NCBI GenBank assembly: GCA_938017685.1
Contig: CALIIL010000084.1
Span: 2,089-34,088, forward strand
DNA: 32,000 bases
Reading direction: 5' to 3'
Source of the DNA: an uncultured Chitinophagaceae bacterium
GTDB taxonomy: Bacteria > Bacteroidota > Bacteroidia > Chitinophagales > Chitinophagaceae
Positions 24,187 to 32,000 of the stretch are shown piece after piece (position 1 is the first letter of the stretch; each line of letters starts with the position of its first letter). Both the position numbers and the translations under genes were made by a program. The notes beneath the pieces are model-generated. The model was not told where the DNA came from. It was given only the letters and a program-made list of their open reading frames with translations, and ran no database searches.

Positions 24187-25149
24187 ATGAGATTTACATT
24201 GTCTTATACCTTTTTGTTTCTTTATGTCATTTCTGCTATTGTGTGGTGGGGGTATTCTCATTTTTTGAAGTCAGATGAGATTTATGCATTAGAAAAAGAT
24301 AAGATAGCTTTGGAACAAAAGTTAAATCCCAACAATGATTATTCTGCAGATTATATTGAAGCGCAGAAAAAATTGGATACTGAGTATGCGCAGTATTGGG
24401 GCGAAGGGCTTACTTTCTTAATTATTATTTTGGTGAGTGCATTTTTTGTATATCGCGCTTTTTATAAACAGCTAAAATTAACCAAGCTGCAGCGGAACTT
24501 TATGATGAGTATTACGCATGAATTAAAAACCCCTTTGGCCGGTGTGATACTAAATATTCAAACAATGTTGCGCCGTAAAATGCCAGAAGATGTGCAACAA
24601 AAATTATTAGAAACATCGGAGAGCGAAGCCAAGCGATTGAGTGATTTGTGCAATAATATCCTTATTGCTACGCAGCTAGAGGAAGGTTCTAAAAGTGTAG
24701 AGACGGGAGGTTGTAATATTACTGAAGTTATTGAAAATGTTGTAGGAACATTTGCTAGGAGAAATAAAGATCGAACGATTAATACAGATATAGGGGAGGA
24801 TAGAATTGAAATTAAGGGAGATGAAAATCTTTGGGGACTTGTACTTAGTAATCTTTTAGAAAATGCTAAAAAGTATAGTCCTGCAGGAACAGAAATATCT
24901 ATTAGTTTGAAAAATAAAAATAAGCACTGGGTGCTTGCTGTCTCAGATTTCGGTAACGGAATATCAGATGAAGATAAAAAGAAGATTTTCAATAAGTTCT
25001 ATCGAGTAGGTAGCGAGGAGACACGGAAGACTAAGGGAACTGGCTTAGGGCTATTCTTAGTAAAAAAATTAGTATCCCTTTTTAAATATGACATTAACGT
25101 GAAAGACAACCAACCTTCTGGCTCTATTTTTGAAGTAGTATTTAGATAA
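24187..25149 (+). CDS. Two-component sensor histidine kinase
   Basis: 320 aa with two N-terminal TM segments. H-box MSITHELKTPLAG, N-box LLENAKKYS and G-boxes DFGNGI / GTGLGLFLVKKL. Confidence 0.88.
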   Translation: MRFTLSYTFLFLYVISAIVWWGYSHFLKSDEIYALEKDKIALEQKLNPNNDYSADYIEAQKKLDTEYAQYWGEGLTFLIIILVSAFFVYRAFYKQLKLTKLQRNFMMSITHELKTPLAGVILNIQTMLRRKMPEDVQQKLLETSESEAKRLSDLCNNILIATQLEEGSKSVETGGCNITEVIENVVGTFARRNKDRTINTDIGEDRIEIKGDENLWGLVLSNLLENAKKYSPAGTEISISLKNKNKHWVLAVSDFGNGISDEDKKKIFNKFYRVGSEETRKTKGTGLGLFLVKKLVSLFKYDINVKDNQPSGSIFEVVFR

Positions 25150-25161
25150 AATTACTCGGTT

Positions 25162-25869
25162 ATGGCAATGGATAAAAAAACAATATTAGTAGTAGAAGAT
25201 GAGAAAAGTTTAAGTGATGCTTTAAAACTAAATCTTGAATTGGAAGGATACGAAGTAACTGTAGCTGAAGACGGAAAGCAAGCAATTGATCGCTTTAAGT
25301 CTGAGTATTTTGACTGTATAATATTAGATATCATGTTGCCAGAAATGGATGGATTGATGGTTAGCGAAACCATACGCTTGCATAATGGCAAGGTGCCCAT
25401 CTTGTTCTTAAGTGCTAAAAGTGCTGGTTCTGATCGCGTAGCAGGACTTAAAAAAGGTGGTGATGATTATATGACCAAGCCTTTTAACCTTGAAGAGTTA
25501 TTGCTTAGAGTAAGTAATCTTATTGATAAGAACAGACAGTTAAATGGTAGTGCACCTGTAGCGGATCAAGTTGAATTTGGCGCTAATAAGATTGACTTCC
25601 AAGCACAAGAATGCACGGACCAAAAAGGGAATAAACACTCTTTAACCAAGAAAGAGTTGATGCTTTTGAAATTATTAGTTGAGAATAAAAATGAAGTGGT
25701 AACCCGAGAACATATTCTTAAAACGGTTTGGGGTTATAATGTATACCCTTCAACAAGAACCATTGATAATTTTATTCTGACGTTTAGAAAGTATTTCGAG
25801 AATGATTCAAGACATCCTGAATTTTTTCATAGCGTGCGCGGTGTAGGGTACAAGTTTACAATGAACTAA
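25162..25869 (+). CDS. OmpR/PhoB-family response regulator
   Basis: 235 aa. Receiver motifs LVVEDE, ILDIMLPEMDG and TKPF. C-terminal winged helix ...LTKKELMLLKLL...VRGVGYKF. Confidence 0.9.
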   Translation: MAMDKKTILVVEDEKSLSDALKLNLELEGYEVTVAEDGKQAIDRFKSEYFDCIILDIMLPEMDGLMVSETIRLHNGKVPILFLSAKSAGSDRVAGLKKGGDDYMTKPFNLEELLLRVSNLIDKNRQLNGSAPVADQVEFGANKIDFQAQECTDQKGNKHSLTKKELMLLKLLVENKNEVVTREHILKTVWGYNVYPSTRTIDNFILTFRKYFENDSRHPEFFHSVRGVGYKFTMN

Positions 25870-27064
25870 TCCGTTCCTTTTCCTTAAAAAGATAAAGACA
25901 CCATACTAATACAAAAAACACAACGCCGGCTTGTATATCAAGCATATCGTCGGTGGCTAAATACAAGGTGACCAATAGTGTAAACCACCATGCTGTTTTT
26001 AAATTATATTTTCTAAAATAATAGAAGAGAAAAATAAGTAAGAGTATTAATGCAATGAAGCCTATTAGGCCCATAGATATCCATTGACTAAAATACTGAT
26101 TGTGGGTGCTCATCTGTTTTGATAATTCTAGATATCCCGTATTTTTTAACCTTTGTCTTAATGTTTTATTGGCCTGCCCTAGACCATAACCCATTAATGG
26201 TTTATTTTTTATAAGTTCCCATTCCTGCTCGTATGCAATACGCCTTGTTGCTGTAGCCGATGAGATTTTTGTATCCTTACTTGCATTGTTTAAATTATTA
26301 ATACTCTCCTTAATCCTTGCTTGCACAGTAGGTACTTGATAAATGCTCAACCCTAACACAATGCCAATAAGTAATAGCCCAAATGATTTGATTAATTTTT
26401 GACTGGTGTTACGTAAATAGTTGAGCGTGATTGTTAAAATAAAAATCACATAGAAAATTAAAACGATACGTGACATTAAAAGAATGACCGCAATGCTGCA
26501 TAAGCTAAGGAAGAAATATTGGCCCTTAACTCTATTGAATATTAAATAGATTATACCCAGCATAAAAAAGTTGGAGTAATACCCTGGGTGCATAATAGCC
26601 ATGGAAATATGCATTCGGTTAAGTACGAGCCAAAAACTAGTTTTTTTCAAAACCATTATAATCACATAATACGAATTACCGAGTGCATATATGAAGCTTA
26701 GCGATAGGCTAATTAAGAATATTTGAAAGATTAGCTTTTGGTTTTTCTGAAAGTAATTTTCAGTAGAAAGGAATAAGGGTAGGAGCAGAAAAGTCAATTT
26801 ACTTTCGATGCTGTGTGATGCAGAGGTATCAAAGTCAGAAAATAAATAAAAGACTAAATAGATGCCAAAGAATGCAAATAAGGGCCAAGTGTTTTTTTTA
26901 CTGAAAATGCTTTTGAACTTATGATAAATATTTTTGTCCAAAAGCCAATGAGCAGCTAATAATACTATTCCTATACTATTCATCTGCTTGCTAAATGCAA
27001 AAGAGCATAGCGTAAAAGTGACAATGGCGGTCCAAAGCGTTTCTCTTGTTAAAGAATGCCTCAT
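25856..27064 (-). CDS. O-antigen ligase/polymerase-like (Wzy_C-type) membrane protein
   Basis: Polytopic. THNQYFSQWISMGLIGF motif in the large loop region. Start moved to the ATG at 27064 (MRHSLTRETLW...), because a -7 box lies 6 nt upstream and the longer ORF would overlap the tsaC start. Confidence 0.72.
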   Translation of the reverse strand: MRHSLTRETLWTAIVTFTLCSFAFSKQMNSIGIVLLAAHWLLDKNIYHKFKSIFSKKNTWPLFAFFGIYLVFYLFSDFDTSASHSIESKLTFLLLPLFLSTENYFQKNQKLIFQIFLISLSLSFIYALGNSYYVIIMVLKKTSFWLVLNRMHISMAIMHPGYYSNFFMLGIIYLIFNRVKGQYFFLSLCSIAVILLMSRIVLIFYVIFILTITLNYLRNTSQKLIKSFGLLLIGIVLGLSIYQVPTVQARIKESINNLNNASKDTKISSATATRRIAYEQEWELIKNKPLMGYGLGQANKTLRQRLKNTGYLELSKQMSTHNQYFSQWISMGLIGFIALILLLIFLFYYFRKYNLKTAWWFTLLVTLYLATDDMLDIQAGVVFFVLVWCLYLFKEKERISSL

Positions 27065-27070
27065 TCGCAC

Positions 27071-27078
27071 CAAATATA
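27071..27078 (-). promoter_or_regulatory. Candidate -7 promoter box (TATATTTG on minus strand), 6 nt upstream of the ATG at 27064
   Basis: Plus-strand CAAATATA. Confidence 0.4.
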
Positions 27079-27137
27079 AGGAAGGTACATCATCTTTGTA
27101 CCGAATGTTTTTAGAAGTATTTTCATCAAGCCCGGAT

Positions 27138-27716
27138 ATGCGCAAAATTGCTCAAGCTGTTGAGGTATTGCGCAATGGCGGCATTATTATTTATCCGACC
27201 GATACCATCTACGGATTGGGTTGTGATATTCATAACAAGAAAGCGATTGAAAGGTTATGCTTATTAAAGAACATTCCAGTGAAAAAAGCCAATTTTTCAT
27301 TCATTTGCTCCAACCTTAGTCATTTAAGCCAATTTTCTAAAAGCATTTCTACACCAACATATCGTGTATTAAATTCTAACCTTCCTGGTCCATTTACCTT
27401 TATACTCGAAGCTAGTCGAGAAGTGCCCAAATTGATTATGCGTAATAAAAAGACTGTTGGGATACGCGTGCCTGATCATCCCATATGTCAGTTATTGTTG
27501 CAAGAATTTGGCTCACCTATAATCAGTACATCCTTACCCGAAAGTGAGGATGTTGAAGAAAGTACCATTCCTGATGTGATTTATGATCATTACGGCAAGC
27601 GGGTTGATGCTATGCTTAGCGCAGGTGTCGGTGGTACGGAGAGTTCAACGGTTGTAGATTGTACTTCTGGCGAGTTTGAAATCTTAAGACAGGGAAAGGG
27701 AAACCTTTTAATGTAA
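27138..27716 (+). CDS. tsaC: L-threonylcarbamoyladenylate synthase (YrdC/TsaC type)
   Basis: 192 aa from the ATG at 27138 (MRKIAQAVEVLRNGGIIIYPTDTIYGLGCD...). The track ORF start at 26988 overlaps the divergent gene and is rejected. The ATG at 27105 remains a possible alternative. Confidence 0.82.
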   Translation: MRKIAQAVEVLRNGGIIIYPTDTIYGLGCDIHNKKAIERLCLLKNIPVKKANFSFICSNLSHLSQFSKSISTPTYRVLNSNLPGPFTFILEASREVPKLIMRNKKTVGIRVPDHPICQLLLQEFGSPIISTSLPESEDVEESTIPDVIYDHYGKRVDAMLSAGVGGTESSTVVDCTSGEFEILRQGKGNLLM

Positions 27717-27771
27717 GAAAAAGGTATACAAGTTTCTTAGATTGCTAATATTTAATTAATTTGGTGCTCAA

Positions 27772-28455
27772 ATGATAATTAAACCATTTCAAAGATTAAC
27801 AGCTGTATTATTCTTAGTCACTGTTTTTAGTGCATTGGGCAATGAGGCAAAAGCCGACCGATGGGGCTATTTGTGGGATACAAAGGCTCACAACAAAGGT
27901 CAGATCCATATTTCTTATGGCTATGGCCTGCCAAGGTTGGAAAATTCAAACTTTAAGTTTCATAAAGACAAAGCCGATTATCGAGTAGTAGGCGTTGGTC
28001 CATTTGCATTTAAAGCCGAGTATGGTTTATCTCGTCAGTTTAGTATTGGCCTAAGTTGTAACTACATTAAGTATACTTCTGATTGGCGTGAAAATCGATT
28101 TGATTCTTTTCACCAAAGAGATTTACCCTTCGTATACGGGACCATTGCTCAAGATATATCTATTATGTTGCGCATGAATTATCACTGGGTGGTCAATCAT
28201 AGAACTGATGTATATATTGGTGGCGGTATGGGTTACAATCATTGGATTGCTGAAGATTTTACAAATAACGCACCAGATGACTCAACTTTTACTGCACAAT
28301 TTAAAAGACCCATGCCAGCTGCATTTGAAATGACCGCAGGCATAAGATATTATTTCAGGTCACGCAATGCTGTGTATTTAGAAGCTGGTTACGGTAAGTC
28401 TTTAATTCAGGGTGGTTTTGTTTTCAAGTTCCGTCAATGGAAAAAACAAGAATAG
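27772..28455 (+). CDS. Outer-membrane beta-barrel protein
   Basis: 227 aa with a signal peptide. Alternating-hydrophobic strands rich in Y/G/F. Confidence 0.65.
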   Translation: MIIKPFQRLTAVLFLVTVFSALGNEAKADRWGYLWDTKAHNKGQIHISYGYGLPRLENSNFKFHKDKADYRVVGVGPFAFKAEYGLSRQFSIGLSCNYIKYTSDWRENRFDSFHQRDLPFVYGTIAQDISIMLRMNYHWVVNHRTDVYIGGGMGYNHWIAEDFTNNAPDDSTFTAQFKRPMPAAFEMTAGIRYYFRSRNAVYLEAGYGKSLIQGGFVFKFRQWKKQE

Positions 28456-28458
28456 TAT

Positions 28459-28466
28459 TATATTTG
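28459..28466 (+). promoter_or_regulatory. Candidate -7 promoter box TATATTTG upstream of a 42-codon ORF
   Basis: Exact TAnnTTTG match 22 nt upstream of the ATG at 28489. Confidence 0.35.
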
Positions 28467-28488
28467 CACTCTTAAATTTATAATTAGT

Positions 28489-28617
28489 ATGACACCATTA
28501 TTATCAATTATTGAAATAGGCGACGCAATTGGAACAATTGGTTGTTATTTTTATAGCTTTCTTATCGCTGCAGGAACAATTTTCTGTATGATTAAGTACC
28601 TTAAAGTAGACAAATAG
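28489..28617 (+). CDS. Possible 42-aa hydrophobic small protein (below the ORF-track cutoff)
   Basis: ATG...TAG read by hand: MTPLLSIIEIGDAIGTIGCYFYSFLIAAGTIFCMIKYLKVDK. A promoter-like box lies upstream and a strong terminator downstream. No homology evidence. Confidence 0.3.
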   Translation: MTPLLSIIEIGDAIGTIGCYFYSFLIAAGTIFCMIKYLKVDK

Positions 28618-28647
28618 ATATCAATAATATCTTTTAAAAAGAAATTC

Positions 28648-28680
28648 AAAACTGAATACCTTTGTATTCAGTTTTTTTTT
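28648..28680 (+). terminator. Rho-independent terminator immediately 5' of the pdxH ATG
   Basis: Perfect 12-bp stem AAAACTGAATAC / GTATTCAGTTTT (28648-28659 and 28664-28675), loop CTTT, T-run to 28680. The pdxH ATG is at 28681. Confidence 0.8.
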
Positions 28681-29325
28681 ATGATAAAATCAGAGATCGC
28701 CAACATTAGACAATCCTATACCAAAGCTTCTTTAGATGAAAAGGATTTAGAGAAAAATCCTATTAATCAGTTTGAGAAATGGTTTCAGGAAGCAGTAAGT
28801 TCAGAAATAGATGAGGTGAATGCTATGACCTTGGCAACAGTAGATAGGAACAATCATCCCGACGCGCGTATAGTATTATTGAAAAGTATTCATGAAGGTG
28901 GTTTCGTATTCTTTACAAATTATAACAGTGCCAAAGGCCGACATTTAGAAGTAAATAATAATGCAACATTAGTATTTTTCTGGAAAGAGCTGGAACGTCA
29001 GGTTCGTATTAAAGGACAGGTCCAAAAAATTGATGCCAAAGATTCAGACACATATTTTTACTCAAGGCCAAGAGAAAGTCAGCTAGGTGCCTTAGCATCT
29101 GACCAGAGTAATGAAATCTTGAGCAGAGAAAAACTGGAAGAAAAGTATGCCAAGTACTTAGCTGAGCCAATAAGTAATATAAAAAGACCTGAACATTGGG
29201 GAGGTTATATTGTAAAGCCCAATATTGTTGAGTTTTGGCAGGGGCGAGCTAGTCGCCTACACGACAGAATGCAATACGAAAGATCTGCAGATAAGCATTG
29301 GGAAGTAAAGCGATTACAACCTTAA
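28681..29325 (+). CDS. pdxH: Pyridoxamine 5'-phosphate oxidase
   Basis: 214 aa. IANIRQSYTK...FEKWFQEA aligns with the E. coli PdxH N-terminus (from memory). Also RIVLLK, FFTNYNSAKG and WGGY...EFWQGRASRLHDR. Confidence 0.93.
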   Translation: MIKSEIANIRQSYTKASLDEKDLEKNPINQFEKWFQEAVSSEIDEVNAMTLATVDRNNHPDARIVLLKSIHEGGFVFFTNYNSAKGRHLEVNNNATLVFFWKELERQVRIKGQVQKIDAKDSDTYFYSRPRESQLGALASDQSNEILSREKLEEKYAKYLAEPISNIKRPEHWGGYIVKPNIVEFWQGRASRLHDRMQYERSADKHWEVKRLQP

Positions 29326-30065
29326 GCCGTATAGAGTTTATTCTTCTTGATACCTTTTTTGTGTAGCCAGTGATTAATAGATACACGTAATACGCCTAAG
29401 CCATAAGTTACGCTGCGAGAAAAGTTAATACTACTAGCTTCTTCGAAGTATTTAGTAGGACAAGTAACCTCTGCTATTTCAAATCCTGCCATAAAAATTT
29501 GAGACAGCATTTCATTGTCAAAAACGAAATCGTCATCATTTTTGTTGTAAGAAATACTATTTAATACCTCTTTGGAAAATGCTCTGTAGCCAGTGTGATA
29601 TTCGCTCAGTTTTTGACCGATCATTATATTTTCAAACAGCGTTAGGAGACGATTAGCTACATATTTATAATACGGCATACCACCGTTTAAAGCGCCCTTA
29701 CCAAGAATACGAGAACCAAGTACGCAACCATATAAGTCGTTGGCAATAATGCTACTCATAGCAGGTATAAGCTGCGGAGTGTATTGGTAATCTGGATGAA
29801 GCATAACCACAATATCAGCATTTAATTCTAATGCTTTGTTGTAGCAGCTTTTTTGGTTACCGCCATACCCCTTGTTTTTATCATGTTTAATTACATGTTT
29901 AATGCCCAATTTCTTGGCAACTTCGACTGTGTTGTCTGTGCTTACATCGTCTACAAGAACAACTTCATCTACAATATCGAATGGAATTTCATTGTAAGTC
30001 TTTTCTAAAGTCAATGCAGCATTATAGGCTGGTAGAACGATTACAATTTTTTTTCCTGCTAACAT
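29322..30065 (-). CDS. Family 2 glycosyltransferase (polyprenol-phosphate sugar synthase-like)
   Basis: 247 aa. Has VLPAYNAA, VDDVSTDNT and an HPDYQY region. Small and soluble-looking, with no C-terminal TM segment. Confidence 0.85.
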   Translation of the reverse strand: MLAGKKIVIVLPAYNAALTLEKTYNEIPFDIVDEVVLVDDVSTDNTVEVAKKLGIKHVIKHDKNKGYGGNQKSCYNKALELNADIVVMLHPDYQYTPQLIPAMSSIIANDLYGCVLGSRILGKGALNGGMPYYKYVANRLLTLFENIMIGQKLSEYHTGYRAFSKEVLNSISYNKNDDDFVFDNEMLSQIFMAGFEIAEVTCPTKYFEEASSINFSRSVTYGLGVLRVSINHWLHKKGIKKNKLYTA

Positions 30066-30088
30066 ATTCGCGTAAAAGTAGTTTTTAT

Positions 30089-30550
30089 TTATTTATTGTC
30101 GAACGAGCTAAGGTCAAAAATTTCTTTTTGAGTATTTACAAGGTTTGTAGTGGCTCTGGCTAAGCACGTTCCTTTGCTGTCAAACACTTCACAGCTAACG
30201 TTAGCTATCTTTTTACCTTGGCGTTGTACTTTACCTTTAGTAAAGACAATTTCACCGACTGGCGCGCTATACAGGTAGTCTACAACAAGATTTACAGTTG
30301 TATAGTAAGTTGCGGAACCGAGGCTGTAAAACGCCACACCTGATATTTCATCCATAATCATAGCCATCATACCGCCATGTAATTGCTTGCTTGGGTTGGT
30401 CATTTCTGGTCTAATAGGAAGGGATACTTCTACGCTTCCTGGTTCTACTTTTATAATTTTGTAAGCTAACCATCTGCCTGCGGCGGAAAGTGATTGGTCA
30501 AAACCTTTACCTTCAAAACGCTTTAATTTGTTAAAAATTATGTTTTCCAT
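30089..30550 (-). CDS. PaaI-family hotdog-fold thioesterase
   Basis: 153 aa with the HGGMMAMIMDEISGVAF motif typical of the PaaI/YbdB family. Confidence 0.82.
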   Translation of the reverse strand: MENIIFNKLKRFEGKGFDQSLSAAGRWLAYKIIKVEPGSVEVSLPIRPEMTNPSKQLHGGMMAMIMDEISGVAFYSLGSATYYTTVNLVVDYLYSAPVGEIVFTKGKVQRQGKKIANVSCEVFDSKGTCLARATTNLVNTQKEIFDLSSFDNK

Positions 30551-30607
30551 ATTGCCAATATTATTTTGTGACTTATCTTGGCGAAATTAGAAAATCCATA
30601 GCAGATT

Positions 30608-31549
30608 ATGACGTTAACTCAAATTCAATACATAGTAGCAGTAGAAAAAAATGGAAGTTTTGTAACAGCAGCTGAAAAATGCTTCGTTACACAACCAACC
30701 TTAAGTATGCAAATACAGAAGTTGGAAGAAGAGCTGGGAGTAAAGATTTTTGATAGAAACCATCATCCAATTATTCCAACAGAAGTTGGTAAAACAATTA
30801 TTGAACAAGCTAAGATTGTTCTTTATGAAAAGAATAAAATTGATGAGCTATTATTGAAGGATAGAAAAGAAGTAGAAGGGATTCTAAATATTGGTGTTAT
30901 ACCCACCGTTGCTCCTTGCATTTTGCCTAGGGCTTTGCAATCATTTGTAAAGAAAAACCCCAAGGTGGATATAACAATTAACGAAATGACTACACAGCAG
31001 ATCATTGATAAGTTAAAAAGTGATGAGATTGATTTTGGATTATTGAGTACACCATTAAAAGAGCGTACTATTAAGGAAACGCCTATTTATGATGAGCCAT
31101 ATGTAGTTTATGCGCATAAAGATCATCCTATCTTATCTAAGAAAAATGTGTCTCCTACTGATTTGGATCCAAAAGAAATATGGAGCTTGAATGATGAGCA
31201 TTGTATGCACTTTCAGGTCGTAAATCTTTGTGGTAAAAAGAAATTTAGAAACGCAGAGAGTATGTTTGACTATCGTTCTGGTTCATTAATGTCGTTGATA
31301 AGAATGGTAGAAATTAATGGCGGTTATACTTTGTTGCCAGAATTGTGCTTGAGTGATTTCCCAGAGGATATGATGGGTAATATTCGCTTCTTCAAAAGTC
31401 CAATACCTGTTCGAGAGATTGGAATAGTTACTAATAAATACTTTACAAAAAATAAGTTGCTGAACTCATTTAAGCAAAGTGTATTGGACACAATACCTGA
31501 GGAAATGCTAAAGTCTAAAAAGAAGAAGACGAAGCTTTCTATCAGATAA
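30608..31549 (+). CDS. oxyR: LysR-family peroxide-sensing regulator OxyR
   Basis: 313 aa. N-terminal HTH FVTAAEKCFVTQPTLSMQIQKLEEELG. EHCMHFQVVNLC has two cysteines spaced as E. coli OxyR C199/C208 (GHCLRDQAMGFC, from memory). Confidence 0.82.
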   Translation: MTLTQIQYIVAVEKNGSFVTAAEKCFVTQPTLSMQIQKLEEELGVKIFDRNHHPIIPTEVGKTIIEQAKIVLYEKNKIDELLLKDRKEVEGILNIGVIPTVAPCILPRALQSFVKKNPKVDITINEMTTQQIIDKLKSDEIDFGLLSTPLKERTIKETPIYDEPYVVYAHKDHPILSKKNVSPTDLDPKEIWSLNDEHCMHFQVVNLCGKKKFRNAESMFDYRSGSLMSLIRMVEINGGYTLLPELCLSDFPEDMMGNIRFFKSPIPVREIGIVTNKYFTKNKLLNSFKQSVLDTIPEEMLKSKKKKTKLSIR

Positions 31550-32000
31550 GCGGTTTACATATAAAAATATAGTTTGGGTTGTAATCAATCCTACTAACAT
31601 CAAAGTGTTTGGCTAATTTTTCTTGATAGCCTTTGGCTCTTTTTTTGTCTTGAAATATTGTATTGATTATAATTATTCCTCTTGCAGTTGCAGTTCGTTT
31701 AAGCTGCTCAAGGAATTTGTTAGATTGAACAATAGGCGCCATTTCCATTTCTTTAAATAAATCGACACCTATTAAATCATATTTTATTTTATTAATAGCT
31801 AAGTAGTCTTCCGCCTTGTAACAATGAAAATGTAATTGGTCAAAAGAAATTAAAGTAGGGATGCTTTTATTTAAAGCCAGAATTTTATCATCGTAATCTA
31901 TAATGTCACAGCTAGGAAAATGATCATATTTTTCTTGCAATATTTTTACTGCACTGCATAAGCCGGCTCCTAATAATAAGAAGTTATTCGTTTCTTTAAG
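31542..32000 (-). CDS. Class I SAM-dependent methyltransferase / spermidine-synthase-like protein (5' end outside the window)
   Basis: The reading frame stays open from the track's TTG (31940) to the window edge. The upstream part encodes motif I NFLLLGAGLCS, then DIIDYD and YDLIGVDLF. Confidence 0.55.
   Translation of the reverse strand, partial: LKETNNFLLLGAGLCSAVKILQEKYDHFPSCDIIDYDDKILALNKSIPTLISFDQLHFHCYKAEDYLAINKIKYDLIGVDLFKEMEMAPIVQSNKFLEQLKRTATARGIIIINTIFQDKKRAKGYQEKLAKHFDVSRIDYNPNYIFICKPLI

Noticed and set aside
613-24992. Numerous 60-145-aa ORFs antisense to or out of frame within strong CDSs, for example 613-849, 1595-1813, 8335-8658, 9156-9509, 12692-13081, 15135-15437, 15650-15985, 20423-20746 and 24558-24992
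   Set aside because: All lie entirely inside genes with clear conserved motifs on the other strand or frame. Their low-complexity, Ser/Leu-rich composition is typical of shadow ORFs.
26988-27137. Long N-terminal extensions of both divergent ORFs: tsaC from 26988, and the ligase-like gene up to 27145
   Set aside because: The two extensions overlap each other by about 160 nt. YrdC homology begins at MRKIAQAV (27138). A -7 box sits just upstream of the ligase-like ATG at 27064.
1-32000. CRISPR arrays, tRNA/rRNA genes, IS elements, integrases, and toxin-antitoxin or recognisable defence gene clusters
   Set aside because: No intergenic region is long enough or shows the required repeat-spacer or cloverleaf structure. 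No ORF shows transposase, integrase or defence-system motifs that I can recognise.

Overview
AT-rich segment (roughly mid-30s % GC by eye) that reads like core chromosome of a Bacteroidota bacterium. Supporting signs are a T9SS C-terminal sorting domain, recurrent TAnnTTTG -7 promoter boxes, A-rich leaders instead of Shine-Dalgarno sites, and a long-form IspG. About 30 tightly packed protein genes are present: ispG, purQ, a DsbD locus, serS, an SDR and an aldehyde dehydrogenase, and a T9SS-secreted beta-helix protein. Also present are cobalamin-dependent methionine synthase encoded in two pieces, a histidine kinase/OmpR-type regulator pair and an O-antigen-ligase-like protein. The remainder comprises tsaC, pdxH, a GT2 glycosyltransferase, a PaaI thioesterase, oxyR, three small beta-barrel OMPs and several uncharacterised envelope proteins. 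I found no rRNA, tRNA, CRISPR array, transposase or integrase. All product calls rest on motif recognition from memory; no database search was possible. The most unusual object is a 470-bp cassette (22551-23020) bounded by perfect inverted repeats and carrying a GxxExxY (PD-(D/E)XK-like) gene. It sits exactly at the Hcy-domain/pterin-domain boundary of MetH and supplies the stop codon of the upstream piece. Deleting it in silico fuses the two metH ORFs in frame. Secondary items are a structured ~110-nt metH leader with duplicated start-region sequence, and a small hydrophobic ORF plus strong terminator abutting the pdxH ATG. Others are a duplicated stand-alone DsbD alpha domain, a perfect 10+10 palindrome in front of the T9SS cargo gene, promoter boxes placed so close to start codons that leaderless mRNAs are implied, and overlapping 3' ends at six of seven convergent gene junctions.
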